Source: Seison nebaliae
Taxonomy: Eukaryota
Assembly: GCA_023231475.1 (NCBI GenBank)
Contig: JALJEE010000106.1
Coordinates: 1-64,000 of the forward strand
DNA length: 64,000 bases
Direction: 5' to 3'
The notes beneath the pieces are model-generated. The model searched no databases. It had not been told where the DNA came from and worked only from the letters and a program-made list of their open reading frames with translations. A program made the position numbers and the translations under genes. This document shows, one piece after another, positions 39,601-52,700 of the stretch (the stretch's first letter is position 1; the number at the start of each line of letters is the position of its first letter).

Positions 39601-42600
39601 ACCGTCACCGTACTTAAACTTGGTTTGACTTCACTTGATAAACTGGAGGATCGAGCAATTTTCGCTTGTTGATCTTCCGAATCAAATTTTTCAGTTTCAA
39701 CCGGTTGCAAAACAGCATCCTCATCCGATGAGAGACTTGAAGCTTTACCATATTTTTCAAATATGATTTCCGTAAATGTATAATCCGTTTCCAGCATTTG
39801 TGCTTTCAATACGTCTTTAGGAAGATTTCCTTGGAAATCGAGTAACGATTGGAACTGACTAAAATCGACATTACTACCGTCTTGGAATTGACGAAGAAAT
39901 GCTTCCGTAAATTCTGAGATTGATGTGGCGAATACACTCGCTTCTCGGTTCTGCCAATCGAACGGGAAAACTTGACATTTATTCAACTTCCTTCTCAATT
40001 GTCTCGATAATTGAATGTCTTCCATACTTTGTGCCGTCGCTTTGGCATGATATGCCATTTGAAATAATTTATCATAATCATCCGCAGTAATCGTTATGGT
40101 ATTGTCTTCGAAGATGTTATTGAAATATTCGATTATTTTATTCGTCACTTTCATATTAACTTGAATTGCACTATCGATCGATCGACTACTACTGCCCGAT
40201 CGCATAAATGGACTAACAATACTATCTTCAATACTCTTAAACATTTCACGATATTTCACATCGTTAACACCAAATAAAAATCCATTCAATCGTCTCCAGA
40301 TATAGAGATATAAAGTATTTCTTAGAAATTCTAATCCACTATCATCCTGTTCAGGTGTCAGGAAATTTTTAAAAGTATCCAGAAACATTTGATCGATATG
40401 TTCGTCAAGAATTTTCACCAATTGTGTCTTAATCGCTCTCATTAATCTCGTTTTCATTTGGTATGTTGTTATGTCATCAATCTCCTCCCATTTCTTATTT
40501 ACCATTAATACTTTGATAGTTCCGTTTATAGTGAACATCAACTTTTTTGAAATTAATATCCATGCTTCTGGATAGACAGTACCAAACATTTGAAGATATG
40601 GTTGATTTTCTGGTTCAATAGCCAATTCATATTGACTTAATTGTGGGGCGATATAACTGAACGGTAAATTGAGAGTACTATAATAACGTTGAGACAAAGT
40701 TATGTTTGATGCTTTCTCTACAAGATTACTCGACATTTTTGAAGTTTCCTGAATCAATTCATATTTCTTTAAAAGATTCTCTACCGAATCTTTCGTACTA
40801 ATCGCTAATCGGTTTTTTGTTATAGCAAAAGATTGACTATAAAAAGAATTTGAAATTATAAAATATAAAAATATAAAAATTTTTTAATTTTTAATTTTAA
40901 CGATTAAAAATTAACCATTGTCGTTCCTTTCGATCAGCATGTTCTGCCTCCCATTGTGTGGTACGTAATTGAATAGGATTCATACCAATCTTCTTTTTCA
41001 ATCGACCCAGCAATATCTCATTTTCGACGATTAAATTGCAATATGAACAATCGTGATTCAAATAAACATCCGGAAATGGTATGACAGTGCGATTCTCTTC
41101 AAATCGAACCGTTTTCGGATTATCTTTATTATAAAAAATTTGAAATTAAGAAATTTATTTGAGAGAAAACCAGTAGTTGTTTGCCATCGATTGTTCGATA
41201 AATAGGAATGAAGAACAAAATCTATTTGAGATGTACTTTTCTCATCAACTTTCGTATCGGCACGAGATTTCGATGGAACGAAAACGAGTTTCCGGAATTC
41301 GTATGAATTACTCTTGAAACTAGTCATATCTGTTACGAGTCTTGTTTTGATTTCTTTAGGACGTCTCGATGCTTTCGATGTTCGAGCGGAAAGTGGTTGT
41401 GAATTTCCAGTTTCATCTTTCTTCTCCTCGATTTGTAAATGAGGTCGTATTAATTCTTTGAAGTAAATATTAGCATCTTCATTCAATTTCTTAAAGAATT
41501 TACTATTAGAAAAACGTTTTGACTATCAATTTATTGACATGATCATGTGCTAATAATTTGTCAAACCATAAAAACAATACGTCGTTGGATTTGTTCGGTC
41601 TTATTGAAAACTGTTTCTAATACATCGATAAAATGGAGAATATATCTTGAATCGTCAGTCACATCATCAATCTCTCCTTTAATTTGAGAAACAAAATTTG
41701 AGGTAAAAGTATCCTTTAAAATCAATAAGATTAATTGAATCGGATTAAATCATCGAAATAAAATTTGAAGAAACATTATGATATATCACTCTTCCTTTGT
41801 AAACGAATGTCAATCGACCGACTGTCAACCAATGTAATACTTCGAATATTTCGGATGGTAAATCTCGAAAGATCTGGAATTTTATATGAAAAATTTTAAG
41901 ATGAATAATTTAACTATTTGCATCGGTATCGGACTATAAAGACATTCCATATTATTTTGGAAACCTTTAAATAATTTAAAAAAGATAATTGTAATATAAA
42001 AATAATTTTAAATGATAAACATAAATGGAATGCATCCAATTTATTCCGTTCCATTATCGTATCGAAAATTAATTCCATTTCAGGATGTGCGATCAAAAAC
42101 TTTTTTCTTTCAAAGTCAAATTTAGCTTTCAATAATAAATGAATACGTAATAATGTTTTCGTTGCTGCAGGATATTCTTCTGATGAAGCCATATCTAATT
42201 GTTGGAATGTTTCCACTAAAGTTTTCCTTTCATCCATTTGTTCTAATTTTTCTCCTAAACAATAAACACAATGAAAATTTTAATTTAACATTTTACCAAT
42301 TTCCAACTTTGCAATAATGCTTTGAGGAATCGAGGTGAAGTGTCATTCTTCTCAACCGGATATAATAAGAAATGATTCGGTTTCAATTTTTCTTTCTTCT
42401 TCAGAAAATAATTTACTTGCCATTTGAATAGTCCAGTCGTTTCCAAATAACCTCTTCGTTTACTAGCTCGTTCAGCTGAGTAGAAATGAAGACGACGAAG
42501 AAATCATCAACTAACATATACATTTGTTCCCCATCGTTTCCGTCCTCCATTTCATTATTGCTTCATTGGATATTTGGATTTTCGGTTCCGGTCTATCCAT

Positions 42601-42686
42601 CGATATTTGTACCTCTACATCTGGTTAGATAAACGATCAAATAATATTATTCGTCAATGATGATAACCTTTGTCATCTTCACTCAT
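27585..42686 (-). CDS. Giant multi-exon gene: highly divergent dynein-heavy-chain-like motor-domain protein with a very large repeat-rich exon
   Basis: The ORF fragments I traced splice together in frame through short GT-AG introns (ATG 42686; the 28.2-32.1 kb exon is joined upstream and downstream). Degenerate dynein-like segments occur in the expected order (see findings). Not every internal junction between ~32.2 and 37 kb was verified. Confidence 0.55.
29840..30075 (-). repeat. Two adjacent short coding tandem arrays: 7-aa (A/V)xKKREE (21 bp) and 5-aa G(K/H/T)(Y/F)(V/I)(E/D)
   Basis: EEAARKREEVAKKREEVVKKREEAAKKREE, then GKYVEGHYIDGKYVDG...GKYIDGKFVEGTYIDGKFVE. Confidence 0.85.
30440..31217 (-). 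repeat. ~20 degenerate 11-aa coding repeats, (L/V/I)(Y/F)DxxGxx(I/L)xx
   Basis: For example VFDEKGKLQTK-IFDKDGKPIEK-LFSEDGSEVSS and LFDMYGHQIRE-LYDIEGNVLSS. Confidence 0.8.
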
Positions 42687-42841
42687 AATTTTCGAGACAT
42701 ATGATTGAACGATAAGATGCTAAAAAAAATTTGAATAAAATTATCGAAAGTGGAATAAATATATTTAGTATATTTATAATAACATTAAATTCCAATGGAT
42801 CTATCACTTGTTTCTTACTATAAATATTTCATAAGTTTCAT

Positions 42842-43433
42842 CTATTTTAATGTTGGTTTAATTAAAATTGACTTAAATTCTTTTTCCACCATTTCCTTCC
42901 ATTGGTGTGTGGCTAAATCGCGTTCTTCTGACGAAAAATAAAAATTCCATTCACCCAATTGTCGTTTAATACACTCGATCTGAAAATTATTAATAAACTG
43001 ATTCCAATTAATCGAACAGGAAAATAACAGTATTTGTATTTCTATCTAGAAGTAATGTCTTTCCTACTTTCTTTTCTGGAAAAAAATGGTTTCAATGAAA
43101 AAAAATTTGAATTTTTTAAAAATTTGATTTCAACTTTTTTTAGCAGACAAAACATTCGATTTCTCATCCATATCATCTTTTACTCGTTTCTATGTGAGAA
43201 AATTGAAATTGTAAAATTGAGAAGAAAAAGATGAAATAGAGAAAAACATAAGTTATTGGATTTGATGGTTCAGGAATATTTTTCAATTCCGATACGTTCG
43301 CCCATCTGCCATGTTGAAGATCGCAGAGACCGCCGGCCTTATATTCGCCTTCCCAAAAAGAGACTTTTGTTCTTTTCGTTTTCGCTGGTCTAGCCAGTTT
43401 GTCAAGATCAAATTTTGGTTTGCGCTTTTTCAT
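42842..43433 (-). CDS. Small basic uncharacterised protein (~140 aa), 4 exons
   Basis: Three GTT...AG introns give a continuous frame MKKRKPKFDLDKLARP...ITY|KRVKDDMDEK...|KKVGKTLLLDRNTNT|IECIKRQLGEWNFYF...KPTLK*. Confidence 0.65.
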
Positions 43434-43684
43434 TTTGTTGAAGAAAATAATTTGAATAAGATATTTTTAATAAACTAATAAATTTTCATTGATAATGAGA
43501 ATAATTTTGTTGTTTATAAAATATTTTATTAAAAACGTAAGTCAATTTAATTGCGTATTGTTCTATGTTACTAAAATGTTGTAAATTTAAATTATTCTTC
43601 ATCTACTTAATTTTTGATTGTTCAAAATTAAATGTCTCATTAACTCCAAATTATAGAAATTGTGTAATTGTTTAAACATGTCAT

Positions 43685-45268
43685 TTAATAACATCTTTTA
43701 TGGACGATCGATGGACCTTCCTCTTCATATTCACTTTTCTTTATCCACAATTGTTGGAAGGAGTTCAATGACGATAAGATGGACCCACCAATCCATACGG
43801 AGAATTTACGTTGTGGAGACGCCACAATTCGTGTTTGAACACTAAAAGATAAAAAGGAGAAATATGAATTGGAAGAATTTGAACGTTTTTGGAATTAGTT
43901 GACTTAATTCGGATTGTAATCGTTCCGGTAAATTGGGAAATAACGTCGAACCACCAGATAACACAATATTCTCATACATTGTTCTTCTCAGATCCATTTC
44001 GATTCGTTTAATTGAACTAAATTCAAAAAGAAATTATTATAAATTTATTAATGGAAATTTTAAAAAAATTTAAACTTAAAAATCATGGAATGGATACCAG
44101 GTGCTTCTTGTCCGATGAGATACGGTTGGAATAATGCTTCCGGTATTGTGAATCGTTCAGTTCCAACTTCGATCGTCTCACCATCTGGTAATTCGTATGT
44201 TCGTTCAATCGTATCGAATTGATCCTGAGCAACTTTGGAAGATTTGTGTGTTTTCGACAATTGTTTATAAAAGTTCATTTCTGCATCAAAATTCTTCGCG
44301 ACGTAACATAATTCTTCTTTGATATTACAAACGATTTCACGATCAGCTGAACGGAAATCATTGGAATTATGATGATAATAAAATCAACTAAACATGTACT
44401 CACAAATTGACCTCCTTTATTACTGAGAAGTTTCTGAAGGAAAAATGTTAAATCTCGTCCAGCAACATCATGTCGTTCGATAGCGGTACTTAATGAATAT
44501 CCTTCATAAATCGGTACAGTATGTGTAACACCGTCACCAGAATCAAGAACAATGCCTGATGTTCTTCCAGCAGCATATAATGAGAGAACGGCTTGAATAG
44601 CGATATAAGTTGCGGGAACATTGAAATGTTCGAAAAAAATCTTTAGAAAAAAATTATTTTTAAAAATAATAAAATCATTTGAAAACTTCCACCATTTTCT
44701 CACGATTATTTGGTGGATTCAATGGAGCTTCTGATATCAGTACAGGATATTCTTCAGGATTCACTCGTAAAACATTCAAAAATCCATGAGACCAAATCGC
44801 TTCCATATATTCCCAATTCTTTACAATTCCATGTTCAATCGGATAGACGAGTGAGAGAACTCCTCGTTTTGTTTGTGCATCATCGCCAACATAATAATCG
44901 CGATAGCCCATACCTAACATAATGCCATGATGTTTAGGTAGACCGATGAAAGAATGAAAAACGGAAAGTGGTTCATCATGTCCAGTAAATCCAATTTTAC
45001 ATCTACCAGAACCGTTATCGATAACGATCGATTTACTTCCATTCATTTGTCCATCACCACCACTTTGGATTTCACTCGATTTCACTTCAAGAAGTTTTTT
45101 TCCTTTAGCTCTCTTATTTTGAACGGTTTTTAAATTATCTAAATTTATTGAACGACCCAACACATGTTGAGAGATGCCTGGTGGTAGAGATCGCGATTCT
45201 TCATACGAAGAAGCTAAAGTTGATTTTGATGTGGATTTCTTCTGATTGTATTGCGATTTTCTCTTCAT
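43685..45268 (-). CDS. Divergent actin / actin-related protein with a ~75-aa N-terminal extension; 5 exons
   Basis: Motifs [96 protein letters not shown]. Introns 44641-44686, 44347-44393, 44017-44075, 43842-43884. Confidence 0.93.
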
Positions 45269-45619
45269 TTAAATAATTAAATAATAATTCCTCTTATAAT
45301 ATCGTACAATAATAATAATTGATTTACTTGATCAAATATTAAATAAATAAAATTTGTTCTTTAATTAAAATATTTCATAATGTTTTATCAAATTAATGGA
45401 ATTAAGAAAACGTCTAAACTTTCTAATAAAAAATAAAAAGAAGTAAAGAATTCAAATTACAATAAATCTCCAATTCAATTTTCTTTCTAATTTCTATACG
45501 ATAATTTCAGATAATAAAATTTCGATTTCTCATTCTATTTTTATTCTACAACAATTCTCTCACCAAATATCTCACTAACTCATCATTTTATTAGTCAAAT
45601 TTAAGAAATTCACAAAAAT

Positions 45620-48600
45620 TTAATTTTTCTTTACTTTTTCTGTCAAACCATTTCTTCGATGAAAATTCTTCGTTCTTTCTCTCGCTTTCATTTCTTTTCC
45701 TTTCTGGATTTTCTCTTGCATTTTCATTCGTTTTTCATTTCTTCTCAGACGTTTATCTTTCAATTTCTCTTGACGATCTTTCGTTATCAATCGAATATTC
45801 TCCATCGTATATTTCATCTTTTTCTCATTCTCCGTCGCTTCTTCCGACAAATCTAATCGAACTTCATTAATATAATCTCGTTTCTCTCTCATAGTCGGTC
45901 GTTGTACGAATTTCTCGTTATGTAATTCATCGGCTCTTTTCTGTTTGGAGATGTCAATCTCATTTTTAATTTTAAGAGAATAAGGTAATTTCTTTACAAG
46001 AGACGCACGTAATTTGAGTGGAAGATCAATAAATTCTTTTCGTTTCATTCGATCTTCTTTAGATAAATATTCGGAATTCGTTTTCATTTCGAATCGAATT
46101 CCTTTAGAACGTTTTATTTCTCCCAACGTTCTCAAATATTTCCATTTCGAATGATCCTTATTTAATCCATTCGTTACACAAGTGTAAAATTTGGGTAATT
46201 GCAAACGGACCCAACTCTTCAAAATTATCAAATCTATTTTATAATTATTTTTAAAAAATTAGGAAAAGAAAAATTATTTTGAATATCAAACCGGATGGTA
46301 ATATTTTATCTTCGAATGTCGCTCGAAATGCACCGTCGGGAGATTTTAAACCTTTCTTCAATTGACCTCGTAATCCACTAACTGTAACTAGACGTGCACC
46401 TTCGAATTTAGCGACTTCTAATGAAGAATTGAACATTTTCTAATTATTATAATTAAATTAATTAAAAAATTTAATAATTTTTTTAAAAAATAAGAAAAAA
46501 TTTCAAACTTTTACAAAAACAGTTTTCTGAAATATTTTCATCGGTTCTCCAACTAACTTCAATTTTTTCACGATATTCAATTCCTTTCCCACATTTAATA
46601 CGACGCCGGTAGCGGCGATGGAAAACGATTCACTTTTTTCCGGTTGAATATCACCGATGGGTTGAAGAGCAAGAAATGGAGTATTCTGTTTTAATAACGG
46701 TCCATAAACCGATGCCATACAATGAGCGAATTCTGGTGTATATTTAATGAAACGATGACGGAAATTATCCTCCTCTTTGAAATAGATCGCTCTAGTTTGG
46801 AAACGACGCCATCCCATCGATATGATTAAAGGATCGCCTGATTTCAATATTCTAGTATACCATCGATGTTTACAGATACGTAATTGAAGATGATTAATTG
46901 TCGATTCGACAGCATTAATTCCACCAATCAATAATGGATATGTAGAATCGAAATTATCATATAATTCCGTTGGCATATTATCCAACTCTAAACGAAGATA
47001 TACACCAGGCAAATATCCGATGACATCTAATGGAGCATCTTTGGCCAACATCTCATTTTTAAGTGTTTGTTTTTCTGCATTTTCTTTTAAATATTTCCAA
47101 TGATCTGCATCATGTTCAATATATCTTCCATGATGTTTCTTTTCTTCCGTATCTAATTCTTCATTAATCTCTTTCGATTCAGACACTTCATCATCATCTT
47201 CATTACTTTTCTTTTTATCAAATAATAAATTGAATTTCTTCTTTTTCTCTAATTTCTTCCTCAAATATTCTTTATCAATTTCATCATCATCCATCTCTTT
47301 CATTTGATCATCATTACCATCATCATTATCATTATCATCTTCTTCTTCATTTACTTCCTCCATCTCTTCATCAACATCATTTATTTCTTCATTTCCATCA
47401 CTCATTATTTCATCTTCATCATCTGAATTATTCATTTGTTTTCTCTTATCATCTATATGATCTTCCAAATCTTCGAAATCATCAATTTGCTTCTCGTCAT
47501 CTTGTTGTAATCGATGTGCGTCTTGGACCATAGACCATTTGCCAACAGGAAAAAGATCGACAATCGAATCGACCAAATTAGTCATTTTTCCAGGTTCATC
47601 ATTCATCAACAGTTCAGTGTTATCCATCAACGATTCGTCAATTGATGTTTTGGGATTAAGTAATCCGGAAGAAAGTGAATCTTCTTCATTATTCTCATTT
47701 GTTTTATCATCGTTCGTCCGATCATTTGGATAAATAATTCTCTTCCAATCAATATATCTACTCTCACTTGGAATATTCTCTTCATATTCCATCATTATTT
47801 CATTTGTATCTCGACATATATTCTTCAACTCTTCATCATCTTCATCATCATCATCTGATTGACTGTCTTTTATTTCTATTCTTTTTTCAAATTTCTTTAA
47901 AGAATTCAAATCTAAACGACGTCTCTTCTCATCAATTTTCCATTCTAAATTATCATCATCATCATCATTATCATTATCATCATCATCATCATCATCTTCT
48001 TCTTCATCATCATCATCATTATAATTATCATCATCATTATCATCATCATCATTATCATCATCATCATCTTCTTCTTCTTCTTCATCATATTCTTCTTCAT
48101 TATCATCATCTTCGTCATCAATATTTTTTTCTTCTAAAATATTATTAAATAAATTACTAATCTCTTTCATTTGATTATTCTTATTCGAATGATTATCTGT
48201 TTTATTATTAAACAGATGTGATCCTTTTGTATCGATATAAACGGCATCATCATCATATAACAATCCTCCGACACCAGCGAATGGAGCATAAACTCTCTTC
48301 TCCCAAATATTCAATCTCCTCCTCGATTGTTTCCCACTATTCTTATCCACATCAAAATTTTTATTGAGAATTAATGGACATGGATCATTCAACTTCTTTA
48401 CACTCTCCGCACAACAATCTCCCACTCCACCAATATGTAAATTGATATTATTCAATTGAATCGACGTTCCACGCAAATATCCATATAACAACAATTTTCT
48501 CGTTCCATTCTTCTCATTCAATTCACTCGTCTCAATTCGATCACATAAAATATATGGATGAGAATTCCTCCAATCAGCCGGACGAGATTTGCTCGTTGAA

Positions 48601-49322
48601 ATGAATCGAGCCAAATTCGCTGATTCTCTTTTATCATAAATTTGCAATTCTTTCAACGATTCTTTATTTGAAATTAACGAAAATTTTTCGACTTTTGTAA
48701 AATAAAACAATTTCGCTCCCGAATAAATTTCTGTCCAAAATCTCGTTTTCATCGTTTTCTTTCGTTTTCTTAACGATTTTGAATCAGTATTAAATATATC
48801 GAGATGAGTCATCACACCGATAATTTTGGGCATTCCATGAACTTTGCAAATGTGAAGGAATTCAAATGTTTCCATTTCGAATCCAAAACTTGCATCAATC
48901 AATAGAAGAACAACATCAGCACATTTAGCTACATCGATCATTGCATTCATTTCATTCGGACATTCAAGTAATGTCACTCTCTTCAATTTACTCGTAAGAA
49001 TTGTTATCGGTCCTTTCAAATCCACTAATTTCTCTTTTGTATAATTCTTTATTAATGATCTCAATAATGTTGTCTTTCCAACTTTTGATGGTCCCACAAT
49101 CGCTACAACTAATGGTGGTAATTGTTCAACTATTTGTTCTACTTTTGGAATTGTCAATCGTTTCGCTTGATGATCAGCTGAACGATTAAATGTTTTCCGA
49201 GCAGCATTCACTTTATTTATACTGAACGCCTTCGGATTCAGTTTCTTCCCACTAATCTTATTCGTTTTCTTCTTCTTACTCGGTGCATGTTTCTTATGCG
49301 TCTGCTTAACATTATCTTCCAT
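45620..49322 (-). CDS. BMS1: Ribosome biogenesis GTPase BMS1; 3 exons
   Basis: Motifs [101 protein letters not shown]. Introns 46440-46508 and 46234-46291. Confidence 0.96.
47950..48122 (-). repeat. (GAT/GAA/AAT)n trinucleotide tract encoding the Asp/Glu-rich linker of BMS1
   Basis: Long (TCA)n/(TCT)n run on the + strand, translating to [22 protein letters not shown]... Confidence 0.9.
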
Positions 49323-49749
49323 TATCTCCCTATTGAGATTAACTCCGAATGAAACGTGAGGAGATTTTTAAAAAGCTTAAAATTCAAATTTTCAAAAATT
49401 CTCATGAAATCATGAAAAACAGAAATCGAATACATCAAATTCTAATTATTCCACTCAATCTCCAATTGAGTTTATTATAAATAATTAAAATTATTTCTTC
49501 AAGAAAAAAAATTAACCAATTATAATTTCTACCTTCTAACATAATATAAAACATATATAACTAACATAAAAACTCTAAATATTTCGGATTAGATTTGAAA
49601 AGATGAACTCTCGGGATGAAAATGTAGAATAAATCAATTTAAAAACTAATTATGGTTGATTTTTATGTAAAGATTGGGAACGTTTGGAAGAAATTCAAAA
49701 ACTAAATTTTTGTTTTATTTCAATTTTATATATCATTACTTTCCTTCTA

Positions 49750-52700
49750 ATGGATAAGAGTTGTGAAGTGATTGATGAGATGGAAGAAAAAAATCGGAGA
49801 TTAATCTCCGGAATGAAAATCATTCAGACTGAATTAGTATCTGTTTGAATTTTAAAGAGTGATTGAACTCTAATTCTATTTGTTTTAATTGATTAAAGAA
49901 AATTGGTTCGAATAAATATGCTCACGGTTTATTGACACCTAAAGAGATGTCGAACAATTATATAATGGTTAAATTTTTCAATAGATAACAGAAATTGATC
50001 AATTTGAAAAAGACGTCTAGTCGAGCAAAATTTTTGTACTTTAAAATTCGTCTCTTTATCAGTTTGGACATTGTAGACACCTTGAAAATAATTCACTAAT
50101 TTTCAGTTATAATGACCAAAGGTAAAACTAAATTGGTATCGGAGAACTATCAGCTAAAAACGATGTCGAAACATCTGCGGGAAATTTTTGCGAAGAAAGT
50201 TCATCGTGTATTCTTTCTAATTTTATAATCTCTTTTTTTATAAAGAATGACACGGAATATGCATTGAAAGTCGTGAAATATATTTATCAAGAAGTTCAGA
50301 CTAATTGAAATTATTTAACAAATGAGAATTTATAGAATCGAAAATCCGATCCACAAAATTTCATAAACATGTTAAATTGTAAGAATCGTCAAGAAGGCAA
50401 TTTATCTTGGAATGCTTCCGAAAGTGAAAATGATCCCTTTGATGATCCATTCAATAGTTAATATTGTGATAATTTTGATTATTCTAATTTAATTCCAAAA
50501 ATGAAAAGGTGTTCAAACTGGTTCCGAATTTCCACCATTAGATGACGGTCAGAGTGAAGGTTGTCAATTTAATTATCCATCAATCTAATATGATTTATTC
50601 AGAAACAACTTTCGGGGAGACGATGACAACGGATGACGGAAAAACAACGGAAAACACCGAACATTTAACGGAAACTATTCCTGACGCAATCGATCCATTC
50701 ACCGATCTTCCTAATGAAGATCTCGATACGACCAATGGCGACGAAACAACAAGTTGAGAATTAAATTTTAAAAATTTCAAACAATTTTTTTAGATAGTGG
50801 AACTGACCAATTATCAGGTTAAAGGTATGAACTTATCGTAAAAAATAAGTAATTTTCATAGATTTTGGTGCCCATGCAATAAGTAATGTTTTAAAAGAAA
50901 ATGAACCAAGTTCAATTTTTGAAAGTTGAAAATTAAATATTCTATTTTAGCTAGTGGGACAACAGAAACTGAAATATCAAGTTACTTTTAATAGAAATTA
51001 TGTTAAGAAGTTAATAAAATTATTGAAGGTGATATCCAAGAGAAGAATTTGGAAAGTTCTCCTTAATTCTCCAATTTCTTCTCATTATAATTGTAATTCG
51101 AATAGAAAGTGATGAAGTGAAACATCTCTTTCCATCAAGTTCAATTTGAAAAATTGGAAAAGGAATAAATCTCTTTTCAGCATCAATGATGACTAAATCA
51201 TTACATAATGATAACGATGTACTGGACGGTACATCATTCGATTCACTCAATCCGACAGTAGGTGAAAGTGCATTAACAGAAACCAAATCGGACGGTTATA
51301 CAAAATTTAAGAAATAGTTTGCCAATAAATTCAACTGAAGGTTTTGGAGAGCAACCGAACAAGTTTAATGATGAAATGACTACAGATATTACCGAAGATC
51401 CATTTGGAGACAATATTAGTGAAGGTTTGACGGAAAACGCAGACCAAAACTTTGGAGAAATAAAGAAAAATAGTGAGCCCACCACATTTGAAGAAACTAA
51501 AGACGACGCTTTCGGAGAAACAAAAAATGACGTTTTTGGGGAAACTAAAGATGATGGTTTTGGAGAAACAAAAGACGACGCTTTTGGACAAACAACAAAC
51601 GAAAAATTGGAAGAAGTTAAAAATGATCGTTTTGAGGAAGCTAAAGACGATGTTTTCGAAGAGACTAAAGATTCAGTTATAAATTAAATAATATTTGATT
51701 ATTTTAAAATTGATAAAATTAAAATAGAACATAAAAAATGATGTGCCTTTAGATTCATTTACAAATGAGAGTGCAGATAAAGATGGATTTGGTGTAACAG
51801 CAGAAGATGTACTTGGACCAAAACCCAATGAATTCGAGAAAGGAACTGCAGTAGAAGTAGAAGATCCTTTTCAAGATAATTCGGAAGATCCATTTGGAAT
51901 GAACGTTCCAGAAACAAATAAGGTAATAAAATTATTGTATGGAGATTTATTATCTTATTTTTTTAGGATACTGTAGCAATCGAAGAAGAAAAAAAGTCAT
52001 TTCAAGTTGTTGAAGTTAAGATAAATATGATAATGTTTTTCCTTCTAATTATTTTTAACAATTAGGACGATCAATTTGAGTCGTTAATCGAAAATCAAAA
52101 AGTTTCTCTTATATTAATGAATGATTTTACTGAATTGAATTAAAGGAAGATGAACCGGTTCCCATTGAAACTCGTGAATTTGAAAGTGAACCTGGTGTAG
52201 GTCTCGCGCAAACTGAAGCAGCTAAAGCTGCGAAAAAATCAATTGATGGTATCAGAAAGTCAACGACAAATGATAGAAAAAGTATAGCAAATCTATCAGA
52301 TGAAATATTTGGTGAACCTCCGAAACCAACGAAAGAAGAAGAAGAAGAAATGGAAAAAGCAGCGGAAGAAGAAAAAAAACAAGCTCTTTTGGAAGATAAG
52401 GAATTAAATGATTTTCTTAGTTTTCCTGAAGATTCGGAAGAGAAACCAGGCGATCAACCAAAAGATGAAACGAAAAAAAATGACGAAGAAGAAGATTTAT
52501 TTAATTTGCCGCCCATCGAAAATCCAGAAATATCAGATGATCCGTTCGCAAGTACTGACGAAGAACCGACAAAAGATGAACCGAAAGAAACGAAGAAAAG
52601 ACCAATGATTGTCCAACCAGAGAATATGGATGTCGGAGCGATAAGTGATGAGATTTTTGGAGACATCAAATTGAGTCCAGCAGAAAGTTCGAATGAATTC

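Noticed and set aside
32100..42300. Many short broken ORFs suggesting a pseudogene field
   Set aside because: Where traced, the breaks coincide with short GT-AG introns that restore the frame, so these are exons.
47768..48148. Poly-His ORF on the + strand
   Set aside because: Antisense shadow of the Asp/Glu trinucleotide tract in BMS1.
51488..51672. Regularly spaced DNA repeats resembling a CRISPR array
   Set aside because: In-frame coding repeats without unique spacers, in a eukaryotic gene, with no cas genes.
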